From positions 1 through 64,000 of the forward strand of contig JAHQWK010000025.1 of NCBI GenBank assembly GCA_029856145.1: a DNA stretch of 64,000 nucleotides, written 5' to 3'. Below, piece by piece: positions 47,285 to 58,374 of the stretch (the first letter of the stretch is position 1; each line of letters begins with the position of its first letter). The DNA comes from Promethearchaeia archaeon (lineage in GTDB: Archaea; Asgardarchaeota; Lokiarchaeia; Sigyniarchaeales; SOKP01). The position numbers and the translations under genes were made by a program. Under the pieces are notes generated by a model that saw only the letters and a program-made list of their open reading frames with translations, was not told where the DNA came from and made no database searches.

Positions 47285-48907
47285 CTACCAAACTAAGTTC
47301 GATATAATATCTTTTGCCGTATCAGCTTGTTTCTTACTTAAAATTTTACGAATCCTTAGATCATTAATAGCATCTTCAAGACGTGTATCTAAGTTTTTTG
47401 TTTCCATCAAATTATTTTTATCGGATTGTGTTTCAACTAATTCAATCATTGCATTGTCTTTATTCATTAAATCTCGTAATTTTTGTCTGAATCCCGCTTT
47501 AACTTTCGTTTCTACTTTTTTCCCTTTGTCAATTAATATGGGTAGTACAGGAGCTCTTTCAGTGGTTCTCTTTGTATTAAGATCGGTAAAGAAGAATATA
47601 TATATCGGGATACCTACAATGACATTTTGAGTCTTGATCTCAAGAGTGTAGTTATTAAAGAAGTTTTGAACATCAGTCATCTCTCTATCTTTAATAGATT
47701 CAATATTGTCCAAACTAGATTGTTTTTCTGTTTTTATTTGAGCAATTGTACCTTCAGCAGAAGTTAAATCTTTACTAAGTCCACTATGCTTTGCTTCAAT
47801 TTGTTTTTCAACCTCTGCTTTTTTCCGTTCTAACTCTCTTAACTTCTGTTGTTTTGTTTTTTCGAGATCAGAGATTTCACGTTGAACATTTTTTCTTAGT
47901 TGAGCAATTTCATTATTATATCTACTGATAGAATTTCCTAATTCTCTATATTTTACATTAATATCCTTTAAACCTTCTTCTACTAAGAATAGATCACGGT
48001 TATTAATTGCATTTTTCAAGCCATCAACACTATTTTTAATTGAGCTAAGATTATTATTCAATTCTCCTGTTTTATCATTTATTTTATATTTTCCTAGTTT
48101 TACTAATTCTTCTGGAGATTTTTCAATTTCTCGTTCTTTTTCTGCTTGTATTTCCTTATTTAATATTGCGAGTTGTTTCTCTTCTTCACCTGTATCTACC
48201 TTAGTATCTCTAATTTTGTCTACTTCTTGCCCTCCTTTTTGTATCCATCTCTCACATAATTTTATAATAGCATCTCCAAACGTATCAAGCATTTTAACAT
48301 CTTTCTGTGAAACATATACTGGGATTTCTGTTGCTATTTTTGTCTGATTAACACTTTTAGTAATAGGTCCTCCTTCTAGTATAAAATAAGGAGTAGAATG
48401 AGAACTTAAACCATATTGGTTAAGGAAAAAATTCTGAAAAAAACCTACTTCATTGGTATTAAATAAAGCCTCTTGTATAACAGTGCCCCTTTTAAAGTTT
48501 TTTGAACGTCTTAGATATGTATTATTATAAGTCTGTAATGAATTTAAAAAAGATACAGGATCTGCTCCTTTAATAACATTTTCAGGTCTAGGTGGCATTT
48601 GAGCAAACTCTCCTACACTTAACTTCTCTTGTTTATTTAAGAGATAACTACAGACACAAGCTCTTGTATCACTTAATGGTATTAAACGAACTGGCCAGAA
48701 TGCTGTTGAAATTTTTGATATTTTTCCTAATTTTTTAAGACTTTTACCATATATACTAATACAATCAATTAAACCCATCGCTAATTCATTTAATAGAGCC
48801 GCTTGGCTACGTGCAGGATTCACTTCGCCCATATTAATTAAATAAGGTACTACTTTATCAACCATATTTGATTCACTTGATATTTCTATATTTATTTTTA
48901 ATATCAA
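47285..48907 (-). CDS. Hypothetical protein with a long central coiled coil
   Basis: 540-aa ORF; heptad-rich E/K/Q/L segment at about aa 230-420. Confidence 0.8.
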   Translation of the reverse strand: MILKINIEISSESNMVDKVVPYLINMGEVNPARSQAALLNELAMGLIDCISIYGKSLKKLGKISKISTAFWPVRLIPLSDTRACVCSYLLNKQEKLSVGEFAQMPPRPENVIKGADPVSFLNSLQTYNNTYLRRSKNFKRGTVIQEALFNTNEVGFFQNFFLNQYGLSSHSTPYFILEGGPITKSVNQTKIATEIPVYVSQKDVKMLDTFGDAIIKLCERWIQKGGQEVDKIRDTKVDTGEEEKQLAILNKEIQAEKEREIEKSPEELVKLGKYKINDKTGELNNNLSSIKNSVDGLKNAINNRDLFLVEEGLKDINVKYRELGNSISRYNNEIAQLRKNVQREISDLEKTKQQKLRELERKKAEVEKQIEAKHSGLSKDLTSAEGTIAQIKTEKQSSLDNIESIKDREMTDVQNFFNNYTLEIKTQNVIVGIPIYIFFFTDLNTKRTTERAPVLPILIDKGKKVETKVKAGFRQKLRDLMNKDNAMIELVETQSDKNNLMETKNLDTRLEDAINDLRIRKILSKKQADTAKDIISNLVW

Positions 48908-49032
48908 GATAATAATTAAAGTTATGCTTTTGAGTTAATTAAATAACATCTCAATTAAAATTTTAAATAATGTAAGAGAAAATTAATATCATGGAATAAA
49001 GATAATTTCTGAAAATCATAAGTGTTGAAATA

Positions 49033-49842
49033 ATGATAGATAAATTTCTGGACGGAAAGGGTGCTCTAATCACAGGAGGAGCTTCTGGTTTTGGTAGAGG
49101 TTTTGCGTTCGCTTATGCACAAAGAGGAGCAGATTTAGTATTAGTAGATATTAATGGAGAATTATTAGAAGAAACTGCTAAAAAAGTCAAGCAAGAAACA
49201 GGTCAAAACGTAATTCCAATTGTATGCGACGTAACAAAATCAGATCATGTTCAAAATATGGCAAAACAAGCTTTCAATGAATTGGATAACATCTATATTT
49301 TAAATAACAATGTAGGTGGAGGATTTGGTTTTTTTGATTTATTAAGAGTTAGAGAAGATATTTTTGACAAAACTATAGCTCTTAATCTAAAGGGACAATG
49401 GTTAATCGCAAAAGAAGTATGTAAAAGAATGAAGAAACAAAAATTTGAACCACTGGCGGGAAAAGTTATTCATACCGCTTCAATAGCAGGTGTTAAAGTA
49501 GATGGAGGAACTCCCGTATATTCTATAAGTAAAGCGGGTATTATTGCAATGATGCAATTGCTTGCTCAAAGCTTAGCTCCAAAAATAACTGTTAATGCTA
49601 TCTCTCCTGGATACCATTTAACAGGAGCATATAAAGACAAATTAGATGTAATGAAAATGACAATGGATGAGGGTCATGTAAAGACTCCCTTAAATAGATA
49701 TGGTACAGTTGAAGATGTTGTCAATGTTTCTGTTTTCTTAGCTTCTCCAGATTCAAATTTCATCACAGGGCATAACTTCATCGTAGATGGAGGAATCGCA
49801 GAAGTTGGTGTTCAAGCATATTATTTTAAATCAGAAATTTAA
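49033..49842 (+). CDS. SDR-family oxidoreductase
   Basis: TGGASGFG, YSISK, VNAISPG, DGG. Confidence 0.92.
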   Translation: MIDKFLDGKGALITGGASGFGRGFAFAYAQRGADLVLVDINGELLEETAKKVKQETGQNVIPIVCDVTKSDHVQNMAKQAFNELDNIYILNNNVGGGFGFFDLLRVREDIFDKTIALNLKGQWLIAKEVCKRMKKQKFEPLAGKVIHTASIAGVKVDGGTPVYSISKAGIIAMMQLLAQSLAPKITVNAISPGYHLTGAYKDKLDVMKMTMDEGHVKTPLNRYGTVEDVVNVSVFLASPDSNFITGHNFIVDGGIAEVGVQAYYFKSEI

Positions 49843-49856
49843 ATTTTTAAATAGAG

Positions 49857-50276
49857 GTGAAAAATTTGTTAAATATAATAATAGCAATATTTCAGATAAT
49901 ATGGATATTGCTCTTTGTAGGTTTTTGGGTTGTTTTTTATTTTACAGAGTATAAAAAAGGTAAGATGTCAGAGGTTTTATACAAGCATGAAATTTCCTTC
50001 CCATTTCCAGAGCTAGTATGGATTGTGCCAAATCTTATTGTAGCTGCTATAGGTATACTAATAGAACAAAGTTTTGGGTTTTTTTTTTCTGCTTTAGCAG
50101 GTAGTGGGATGGTCTTCATAGGAATTATAGATATAGCGTTTGATATACAAAATAAGCTATTTAATAGAGAAAAATATGGTTTTGATGCACTTGTGAGTAT
50201 AGGGATCATCGTTCTAACCTTAATATTTGGTCCAATTTTTATTATATATGGAGCATTTGGTCTTGGTATTATCTAA
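49857..50276 (+). CDS. Four-TM membrane protein
   Basis: Hydrophobic helices; HEISFPFPE motif. Confidence 0.7.
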   Translation: MKNLLNIIIAIFQIIWILLFVGFWVVFYFTEYKKGKMSEVLYKHEISFPFPELVWIVPNLIVAAIGILIEQSFGFFFSALAGSGMVFIGIIDIAFDIQNKLFNREKYGFDALVSIGIIVLTLIFGPIFIIYGAFGLGII

Positions 50277-50296
50277 TTGGAAATAGGGGAAAAATT

Positions 50297-51148
50297 ATGG
50301 CAAAAGAAAAGTTGATAAAAAAACAACCTTTTAAAGGTAAAGTCGCATTTCTTATTGGTGCTTCAACTGGAATGGGAAGAGCTATTGCAAAAGATTTTGT
50401 ACAACTAGGTGGTAGTGTACTAATAATTGCTAGACGTCAGAATGTCTTAGAAGAAACTGCTAAAGAGATCCAGCAAAAAATTTCAGATAAATCTCAATTT
50501 GTAGAATCTATATCGTGCGATGCTACAGACATGGAGAAATTGAAACCATTGCTAGAAGATTTTATTAAAAATCATGGATTACCAGATTATTTATTCAATC
50601 TAGTAGGCCGTGCTATCCCTGGTTATATTGAACAATACACTCTTGAAGATTTTAAAGAAAACATGAATATGAATTATTTTGGTCAATTAATACCTACTCT
50701 TATTCTTCTCCCATATTTTATGAGAGAGAAGAAAGGACATCTAATCTACTTTTCATCTATTTTAGGGTATTTGGGAATGATGGGATTTTGTGCATATGTC
50801 CCTACCAAATTTGCTATTGTAGGATTGGCAGAAGCTCTACGCAATGAATTAAGACCATATAACATTAAATGTTCAATAGTATATCCTCCCGATACAAATA
50901 CACCAGGACTTAAAACAGAAAATGAGGGTAAAACACCAGAATGTGTGATGATGTCGGAAACTGGAGGTCTACTAGAGCCCAAGGAAGTCGCAGAATATGT
51001 TATCGAAAAAACTTTGAAAAATAAATTCCATATTTCTCCGGGTATGGCAAAAACGTTTCGTTACCTTCATAGAATTTTTCCTAAAGTTGTTAGATGGTAT
51101 TTAGATCGAGACTACAAAAAAGCACGAAAAAAGTTGGGTAAAATATAG
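50297..51148 (+). CDS. SDR-family oxidoreductase, KDSR (3-ketodihydrosphingosine reductase)-like
   Basis: GASTGMG, IIARR, YVPTKFA, YPPDTNTPGLKTEN. Confidence 0.8.
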   Translation: MAKEKLIKKQPFKGKVAFLIGASTGMGRAIAKDFVQLGGSVLIIARRQNVLEETAKEIQQKISDKSQFVESISCDATDMEKLKPLLEDFIKNHGLPDYLFNLVGRAIPGYIEQYTLEDFKENMNMNYFGQLIPTLILLPYFMREKKGHLIYFSSILGYLGMMGFCAYVPTKFAIVGLAEALRNELRPYNIKCSIVYPPDTNTPGLKTENEGKTPECVMMSETGGLLEPKEVAEYVIEKTLKNKFHISPGMAKTFRYLHRIFPKVVRWYLDRDYKKARKKLGKI

Positions 51149-51166
51149 TTAAATCTAGTTTTTTTA

Positions 51167-51790
51167 TTATTTTTTTGCAAAGATATATCTAAATTTGTGA
51201 GTATGTAGACCAAGATCACCATGATTCTCTTTCTCTTCAATAATATTTGTTTCAATCACAGAAAATGCATTGAAATGTTTCAATATATCTTCTTTTGTAA
51301 AATAATGTGTAGGTCGATATGGCTTACTTTCGAAAGTGTTCTCTTCAATTTTAGTGCCTTTTCCAAAACGTTCTTCTTGTTCAGAAAATACTGAGAAAAA
51401 TATAAAACCATTATCTCTTAGTTGGCTATAACATTTTTCTATAAACAAGGCTCGTTCATTTTTTAGTAATAAGTGTAATAGGTTATAGCAAAATATAGCA
51501 TCATACATTTCATCATTGAAGGGCATATCTAACACAGAACCTAACATTAGTTTAGATTTTGAATCTAATTCTTTGGCTATATTTAAGCCTATTTCAGAAA
51601 TTTCAATACCTGTCACTTCATAATTATTTAATGAAAAGAATTTTGTGTGTCTTCCGTAACCACTCCCGGGAATTAAAATTTTTTTAATATCATAGTTTTT
51701 GAATAATTTAAGGGCATAAATTGCAGTTTTACTAGGTTCAATTCCCCAAATTTTTCCTTTACCTGAGAACCTCTTGTTCCAATATTCCAT
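51167..51790 (-). CDS. Class I SAM-dependent methyltransferase
   Basis: ILIPGSGYGRH, GIEIS, YDAIFC. Confidence 0.88.
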   Translation of the reverse strand: MEYWNKRFSGKGKIWGIEPSKTAIYALKLFKNYDIKKILIPGSGYGRHTKFFSLNNYEVTGIEISEIGLNIAKELDSKSKLMLGSVLDMPFNDEMYDAIFCYNLLHLLLKNERALFIEKCYSQLRDNGFIFFSVFSEQEERFGKGTKIEENTFESKPYRPTHYFTKEDILKHFNAFSVIETNIIEEKENHGDLGLHTHKFRYIFAKK

Positions 51791-51909
51791 AGATGCTTAA
51801 AAGTTATTAAATTAGAAGATTTATTTATTCAAAATAAAAATATATTAATAAATATTAAAATTTCTATTTAATTGATTCAATGTTAAAATATAAGGAATGA
51901 AACCAGAAA

Positions 51910-53037
51910 TTGAAAAACATCCATAACAAAGTAAAAAAAATCGGTTTAATTGTAAATCCTATTTCCGGAATGGGTGGCAGTGTAGGACTTAAAGGCACTG
52001 ATGGTGATATTTACAAAAAAGCTATAGAAATGGGTGCTACTCCTATTGCACCAGACAGAGTAAGTGAATTATTATCTCAAATTAAACGAAAAAATGAAAT
52101 TTTTTTTCTTGTAGCACCGGGCATAATGGGGGCAGATTATATCAAGGATCAAGGATATAATTTCGATATCATAGGAGAAATTAGTGATCCTTCAGGTCCA
52201 CAAGATACTAAAAGGATAGCAAAAAAAATGATCGATTCTACAATTGAATTATTAGTATTTTGCGGAGGAGATGGAACCGCAAGAGATATTTATGACGCTA
52301 TTGGATTACAAAAGCCTGTGGTTGCAATCCCTGCGGGAGTAAAAATGTTTAGCTCTGTTTTTGCGCTTAATCCTAAAGCTGCGGCTCAAATTATAGATAA
52401 ATTTATAGAAGAGTTTGTTGAGACACAAGAAAAAGAAGTATTAGATATTAATGAAGAACTTGTACGGAAGGATAAATTGGAATCAAAATTATATGGATAT
52501 TTGAAAGTGCCAAAAATCTTGAGTTTAATACAATCCAGTAAAGTTGGTTCAAAATTTGGAAAAACAGTGGAGCAAAATAAACAAGAAATCGCGCAATTCA
52601 TAGTTGAGAATATGACAAGTGATGTTTTATATTTATTAGGTCCAGGAACAACAGTAAAAACAATTGCAGATTATTTAAAATCGCCAAAAACTCTCCTCGG
52701 AATTGATGCGATATACAATAAAAAGATAATCGGAAATGACTTAAATGAAATAGGTATACTTGAATTGCTAAAAGAGCATAAAATAGCCCAGATTATTATA
52801 TCGCCCATAGGAGGTCAAGGTTTTATCTTTGGAAGAGGAAATAAGCAAATTACTCCACAAATTCTTAGAATAATAGGGAAAAATAACGTAAAAATTATAG
52901 CAACAGAAGAAAAACTGAAAGAACTCGAATGTTTAAGAATTGATACAGGTGATAATGAAGTTGACGATATATTTAAAGGCTTTACTAAAGTGATTATTGG
53001 ATATAAAGAAGAATTAATAATAGAAATAAAATGTTAG
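51910..53037 (+). CDS. ATP-NAD kinase-family protein
   Basis: NPISGMGGSVGLKGTDG, GGDGTARD, IPAGVKMFS, GGQGFIFGRGN. Confidence 0.88.
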   Translation: MKNIHNKVKKIGLIVNPISGMGGSVGLKGTDGDIYKKAIEMGATPIAPDRVSELLSQIKRKNEIFFLVAPGIMGADYIKDQGYNFDIIGEISDPSGPQDTKRIAKKMIDSTIELLVFCGGDGTARDIYDAIGLQKPVVAIPAGVKMFSSVFALNPKAAAQIIDKFIEEFVETQEKEVLDINEELVRKDKLESKLYGYLKVPKILSLIQSSKVGSKFGKTVEQNKQEIAQFIVENMTSDVLYLLGPGTTVKTIADYLKSPKTLLGIDAIYNKKIIGNDLNEIGILELLKEHKIAQIIISPIGGQGFIFGRGNKQITPQILRIIGKNNVKIIATEEKLKELECLRIDTGDNEVDDIFKGFTKVIIGYKEELIIEIKC

Positions 53038-53050
53038 TAAAATATTAATT

Positions 53051-54931
53051 TTAAATGATGTTAAGTTCCTTTAATTTTTTTTCAGAGGGTTTTCCGGTTT
53101 CCCAGTCCCATTCTCGCTGTTTATAATAGGTTCTTAAATTTTCTTCTAATTCTAATTTTACATGAACAGTTTTACCAGTTTTTAATTCTTGTTTTAGTAT
53201 ATTTGGTAATTTGTCGTCTTCCCTTGTAGTTCCTAGGCTACAATTTAATAATCTTTTTAAGTTATTTATTCGTTCTCCAACTTTTAAAATTGATTTTTTG
53301 TCATAATTAAAACCAGTTGCAGAGTTTATGTGTCCTATAATATGATCTAAACTGAGACTGACAAAACTACAATTAATAGCAGAATCATCTATGGCTCTGA
53401 TATCTTGTAAAGCAATAACTCCTTTTTCTCTCCCTTTGATTGACGATCTACTTTTGCCAATTTTTACACGTAATTCTGGATAAGAAGCAGTTGTTATTTC
53501 TACGCTATACCAATCACACTTTTGATGATTTGCTCCCACACAACTTGTAATATAACTTAAAGCTTGCCCCGCAAACGCTCTTGGATCATGCATAGGCATT
53601 TCTAAGCCTTTCACATGAGCAGCTAATTCTGGATCAATTCCTAGTTCTTCAGCAATTAATCGGACACCTTCAGCTAGCAAGTTTCCTATCCCTTCCCGAC
53701 GTGAAATCTTTTTAACCAAGTTTAATATTAATTTTCCATTGCCCCATTTTATCTCTTCGAGTTTGATATCATCTAAGAGTTTTTTTATTTCTACAATATT
53801 AAGATTATTTTCAACTAAATATATCAGAAAGGCAATACAGACCCCAGTTGATATTGTATCAATTCCATATAAGTTACATAAATGGTTAGCTAAAATTACA
53901 TCTTTAGAGTCAAATACACCACATAAAGGCCCAAATGCGGCTACGGTTTCATATTCAGGACCATCAACTTTTATTTCTTCACCATTGTCTACAATAATCG
54001 TTTGCTTGCCACATTTCATAGTGCAACCAGCACACCCATAGTCTAATACGGGATATTCCTCTCTCAAAGTTTTTCCTGTTAACTTTTCAGCCGGAAATTC
54101 TGTTTCTGTAAAATAATATGCAGGAGTATCTCCAAGAGCCATTCCAATATCGAGATAACAGTTTGTTCCATATAAAGTATATAAAAGCGGTGTTGTCGAC
54201 TGAAGAAGATTACCTATTTTTGCTTTCTCTGCTTTTTTTATTAATTCTTTACCTATATTTGGATCACTAATTTTGATTTTTACAGTTCCATGAATAGCAA
54301 TTGCTTTCAATTTCTTTGAACCCATTATTGTTCCCAACCCACATCTTCCAATAGCTCTCCCTTCATCATTTATAATCCCTGCGTATTTTACCAGATTTTC
54401 TCCAGCAATTCCTATAGTAGCAATCCTAACTTTATCATTTTTTAGCTCATTTTTAATTATTGATTGAGTTTCATAAGTATCTTTACCCCATAATTTACTT
54501 GCATCTTTAAATTCAATTTTTTCATCATGAATATATAAATAGATAGGATCTTTAGATTTTCCAACAATAACTAGAGCATCAAACCCACTATTCCTTAGTG
54601 AGATACAAAAAAATCCCCCCGATGTTCCTTCTCCCCAAATTCTTGTGAGGGGGGATATGCCAGTTACAGAATATCTCCCTGAAGAAGGTCTTATTGTTCC
54701 TGTTACAGGTCCAGTAGCGAAGATAAGTGGATTTTTTTCTGAAATGGGGTTATTTTTTAAAATTTCATAATCTTCATCTTTTAACCAATCATATGTTAAT
54801 TTAGCACTTAACCCGGTACCACCTAGATAAGCTTTTGCTATTTGAGTATTTAAGTCTTTAAGCTCAACCTTTTGATTATTTAAATTAATATATGCAATTT
54901 TCCCATTATAACCAAACAATTGTTTGCTCAT
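53051..54931 (-). CDS. aor: Aldehyde:ferredoxin oxidoreductase
   Basis: SPLT, IGIAGENLV, GRCGLG.IMGSKKLKA, CAGCTMKC, GPEYET, HDPR, YYKQREWD. Confidence 0.92.
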   Translation of the reverse strand: MSKQLFGYNGKIAYINLNNQKVELKDLNTQIAKAYLGGTGLSAKLTYDWLKDEDYEILKNNPISEKNPLIFATGPVTGTIRPSSGRYSVTGISPLTRIWGEGTSGGFFCISLRNSGFDALVIVGKSKDPIYLYIHDEKIEFKDASKLWGKDTYETQSIIKNELKNDKVRIATIGIAGENLVKYAGIINDEGRAIGRCGLGTIMGSKKLKAIAIHGTVKIKISDPNIGKELIKKAEKAKIGNLLQSTTPLLYTLYGTNCYLDIGMALGDTPAYYFTETEFPAEKLTGKTLREEYPVLDYGCAGCTMKCGKQTIIVDNGEEIKVDGPEYETVAAFGPLCGVFDSKDVILANHLCNLYGIDTISTGVCIAFLIYLVENNLNIVEIKKLLDDIKLEEIKWGNGKLILNLVKKISRREGIGNLLAEGVRLIAEELGIDPELAAHVKGLEMPMHDPRAFAGQALSYITSCVGANHQKCDWYSVEITTASYPELRVKIGKSRSSIKGREKGVIALQDIRAIDDSAINCSFVSLSLDHIIGHINSATGFNYDKKSILKVGERINNLKRLLNCSLGTTREDDKLPNILKQELKTGKTVHVKLELEENLRTYYKQREWDWETGKPSEKKLKELNII

Positions 54932-54952
54932 TTTTTAACCTCTGGTTTTTAA

Positions 54953-56239
54953 TTAAAAATCAATGATTCTTCCATCCCACGCAAATTCGAAAATTTTTCT
55001 GTATAGGTCTTCATTAATAGGACGATATGTTGTTAAAGTTACAGCATCATTAAGAGCGTAATCAGCTAACTTATCAATTTTTCCAAAATATTGTTCTTTT
55101 TGTATTTTTGGATCTTTAATGTCCTTAACACAAGTAGACCCATCAACTGAATGTATAAAATCTTTAATTGATTGAATAAGCTCATTTAATAAACTTTCTC
55201 TCTTTTTATTTTCAGTTTCGATACCGAAAATAGGACATAATTGGATCCATTTATCAGTAATTTTCGCCTTAAAAGCAATTCCATATGGTAAAAACATACT
55301 AACAGCAATACCATGATGAACCCCAAATATCTTACCAAAGCTATGACCTAAAGCATGATTTATTCCAGGAGCTTGGTTTCCATATGAACCAAATGCAGCT
55401 AATGTTGAAGCAATTTGCATATGGCTTCGCGCTTCTATATCTCTTCCACCATACTTATAAGACCGAGGGAGATATTTTATAATTTCTTCAATAGTTGTTT
55501 TATTTGTTGCATCAAAGTAGGGGTTACCCCAATTTGTTGTAAAAGACCCCATAGCATGTGCTAATGCATCTAAACCAGTAGCCATTGTTAAAAAAGGTGG
55601 CAAATCTTTTACAAATTCTGGATCTAATATAGTAATATCTGCTAATAATTCATCATGGACAACTTCTATTTTTTTTGGAGGATCTCTGGTGGTATCAGTA
55701 ATTAAAGCTGCCGTGGCAATTTCAGATCCAGTTCCTGCTGTAGTAGGTATAGCAATCAGATATTTAATCTTCTTACGTAATCCAAGGGCTGCGCCAATGC
55801 TAGGCAAAATCATGAAAAGATTTTGTTTAGGTTTTTCATACTTTACTAAAACCATTTTAGCAGTATCGATAACACTCCCACCCCCAATTGCAATGAGAAT
55901 TTTGGGATGATATTGTTCGCAAATTTTAGCTCCTTCATCTATAGTTAATACTGGAACTTCTGGTAAAACACCAGACCATACTTTATAATCCATATCAATT
56001 AATTTAAGGTAATCCTCTATATTTTTAACAAATTTTTGAGTAAATGAATCTGTAATGATTAAAGCTTTTCTTTCCTCCTTTTCAATAACTGCTTCTAAAT
56101 ATCTTGCTACTCTGAGTAGTGATGATTTACCTGTATATATTCTTGACAAGAAAAAATTTGTTTCTAATCCTCTTACCGCTCTAGCACCCAATATTGGCAT
56201 CAGATCTTTAATTATTTTAGATTCATACCAAGTAGGCAT
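54953..56239 (-). CDS. Iron-containing alcohol dehydrogenase
   Basis: GGGSVIDTAK, PTTAGTGSE, DALAHA, HALGH, HG. Confidence 0.92.
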   Translation of the reverse strand: MPTWYESKIIKDLMPILGARAVRGLETNFFLSRIYTGKSSLLRVARYLEAVIEKEERKALIITDSFTQKFVKNIEDYLKLIDMDYKVWSGVLPEVPVLTIDEGAKICEQYHPKILIAIGGGSVIDTAKMVLVKYEKPKQNLFMILPSIGAALGLRKKIKYLIAIPTTAGTGSEIATAALITDTTRDPPKKIEVVHDELLADITILDPEFVKDLPPFLTMATGLDALAHAMGSFTTNWGNPYFDATNKTTIEEIIKYLPRSYKYGGRDIEARSHMQIASTLAAFGSYGNQAPGINHALGHSFGKIFGVHHGIAVSMFLPYGIAFKAKITDKWIQLCPIFGIETENKKRESLLNELIQSIKDFIHSVDGSTCVKDIKDPKIQKEQYFGKIDKLADYALNDAVTLTTYRPINEDLYRKIFEFAWDGRIIDF

Positions 56240-56395
56240 CTTAACATATCCCCTTTATTATCTTAACAAAATTTTTTTTTGAGTAATAGATATTAAAGAC
56301 AGATTCAATAAAAAAACATTTTTAATTCAAGCTGCGATACTATCTTAATTAGAAAAAGATGATTAGTTTAATTTACAAATTTTTGGTTTCGAAAT

Positions 56396-57379
56396 ATGAA
56401 GATTAGATTAAATATGAATGAAATGTACAAACTTCCTCCAAAAGAGGTAATAAATCCTGTAAAAGATTCTATCAATGAAATCAATAGATATACTCCTCAA
56501 AAGGAAGTAGATATTTTAATTGAAAGCTTATCCCGTTATGTAAATATCCCACAAGAATCAATTTTTTTAAGTTCAGGCTCAGACTTGATCATAAAAGAAT
56601 TCATTTTTCTATTTTCGAATAAGAGACAAATAGTAATTGCCGAACCAACCTTTGTTATTATCAATAATTCAGCTCAGAATGCTGAAAGCTCTTTGATAAA
56701 AATCAGGTTAAAAGAACCAGATTTTAAAGTGTCTTTAGAACCTCTACTTGAAGAATTTAAAAAACCATCATTAGTAGTTTTTGATAACCCAAATAATCCA
56801 ACCGGAAGCTTACTACTTACTCAAAGTGATGTTGAGACTATTTTGCAGTATGAAAATGTTATTTTATTAATTGATGAGGCATATTTTGAATTCTCAAAAG
56901 TAAGCTTTGTTGAATTAATAAATGATTACCCCAATCTCGCGATCTTAAGAACATTAAGTAAATCTTTTGGATTAGCAGGATCAGGAATTGGATATCTGAT
57001 TGCGGGAGATCTGATACGAAAAAAATTCCAAGGATTAGAGATAATGTTACCTTACCCAAGTGTAATTGCTGGGAGTAAAGCTCTAGAAAACCAGACTTAC
57101 ATGTTTGATTATACTAAGGAAGTAGAGAATGAAAAAAGAAGAATAATGAATTTTGCTGTAAAGTTAGGGATAACGGTTTATCCAAGTTATACCAATTTTC
57201 TACTAATGAAAACGAACTTACATAACATCTCAGAAAAATTAGTAGAACGAGGAGTTTTAGTACATGATGCATCGAATCAATTAGGATCAGAATTTTTCAG
57301 AGTCACCATAGGTTCTAAAAAAGAAAATGATTACTTTTTAGATTCTCTCAAAAATATTATTATCTACAACAAGGATTGA
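56396..57379 (+). CDS. Histidinol-phosphate aminotransferase/CobD-like PLP enzyme
   Basis: RLNMNE, NPNNPTG, IDEAY.EF, RTLSKSFGLAG, RVTIG. Confidence 0.8.
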   Translation: MKIRLNMNEMYKLPPKEVINPVKDSINEINRYTPQKEVDILIESLSRYVNIPQESIFLSSGSDLIIKEFIFLFSNKRQIVIAEPTFVIINNSAQNAESSLIKIRLKEPDFKVSLEPLLEEFKKPSLVVFDNPNNPTGSLLLTQSDVETILQYENVILLIDEAYFEFSKVSFVELINDYPNLAILRTLSKSFGLAGSGIGYLIAGDLIRKKFQGLEIMLPYPSVIAGSKALENQTYMFDYTKEVENEKRRIMNFAVKLGITVYPSYTNFLLMKTNLHNISEKLVERGVLVHDASNQLGSEFFRVTIGSKKENDYFLDSLKNIIIYNKD

Positions 57380-57466
57380 TTAAAAATGTATTAAATTTAA
57401 CAATATATCTTTTCTAATGTAATAATTAAATTATAAATAATTAAAATTTGAGTTAAACGTGATTAT

Positions 57467-58309
57467 ATGAGCGAAAAAATTACTACTATTTCTGTAATTG
57501 GAGCAGGATATATGGGTCGACAAATTATTGAGAAATCTGCCTTATACGGATATAATATACATGTATTTGATGTAAGTCCTGAAGGATTAGAGGAATTTAT
57601 TAGTGAAGTTAAAAAGAAAACTGAACGGAAAAAGATCAAAATTGATATAAAACTCTTTACTAGTATTTCTGAGGCAGTGAGAAATACAGATTTAATCATT
57701 GAGACAATTCCAGAGAAAATAGATTTAAAAAGAGAAATTTTTTCTCAGATTGATAAATTAGCTCCAACCAATGCTATAATAGCAACTAATAGTTCTTCCA
57801 TTCCGATTTCAAAATTAGAAGAGGTTGTTGAACGGAAAGATAAAGTATTAAATATTCACTTCTACAACCTATTCACCATGCCGATGGCAGATATCATGCG
57901 GGGAACTAAAACTAGTCATGAGACTTTCCAGAAAGGGAAAGCTTGGTTAGAGAGTATTGAAATCCTTCCTCTTGAAGTAAAAAAAGAGTGTTATGGGTTT
58001 GTTCTTAATAGAATATGGAGAGCAATTAAAAAGGATTGTCTAAAGATTTGGGCAGGTGGATATGCTGACATTGAAACCGTAGATAAAGCGTGGAGTATCT
58101 TTTGTCAATATTTTATTAAAAATGATTATGGTCCATTTCAATTTATGGATCGAATTGGATTGGATGTAATTTATGATATAGAAATGTCTTATTTCAAAAA
58201 TAGTGGATTCCCAGATGATAAACCACCGGATGCGCTTAAAGAAATGGTTGAAAGAGGGGAATTGGGGATTAAAACGGAGAAGGGATTCTATAATTATAAG
58301 ACCAAATAA
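57467..58309 (+). CDS. 3-hydroxyacyl-CoA dehydrogenase family
   Basis: GAGYMG, IETIPEK..LK, ATNSSS, HFYN, GFVLNR, GPFQFMDRIGLD. Confidence 0.9.
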   Translation: MSEKITTISVIGAGYMGRQIIEKSALYGYNIHVFDVSPEGLEEFISEVKKKTERKKIKIDIKLFTSISEAVRNTDLIIETIPEKIDLKREIFSQIDKLAPTNAIIATNSSSIPISKLEEVVERKDKVLNIHFYNLFTMPMADIMRGTKTSHETFQKGKAWLESIEILPLEVKKECYGFVLNRIWRAIKKDCLKIWAGGYADIETVDKAWSIFCQYFIKNDYGPFQFMDRIGLDVIYDIEMSYFKNSGFPDDKPPDALKEMVERGELGIKTEKGFYNYKTK

Positions 58310-58374
58310 TTTTTTTTGAAATTTTAATTTAAAAAAGTAATTCTTATAGTCTTAATTTTTATTTAATATTAGAT

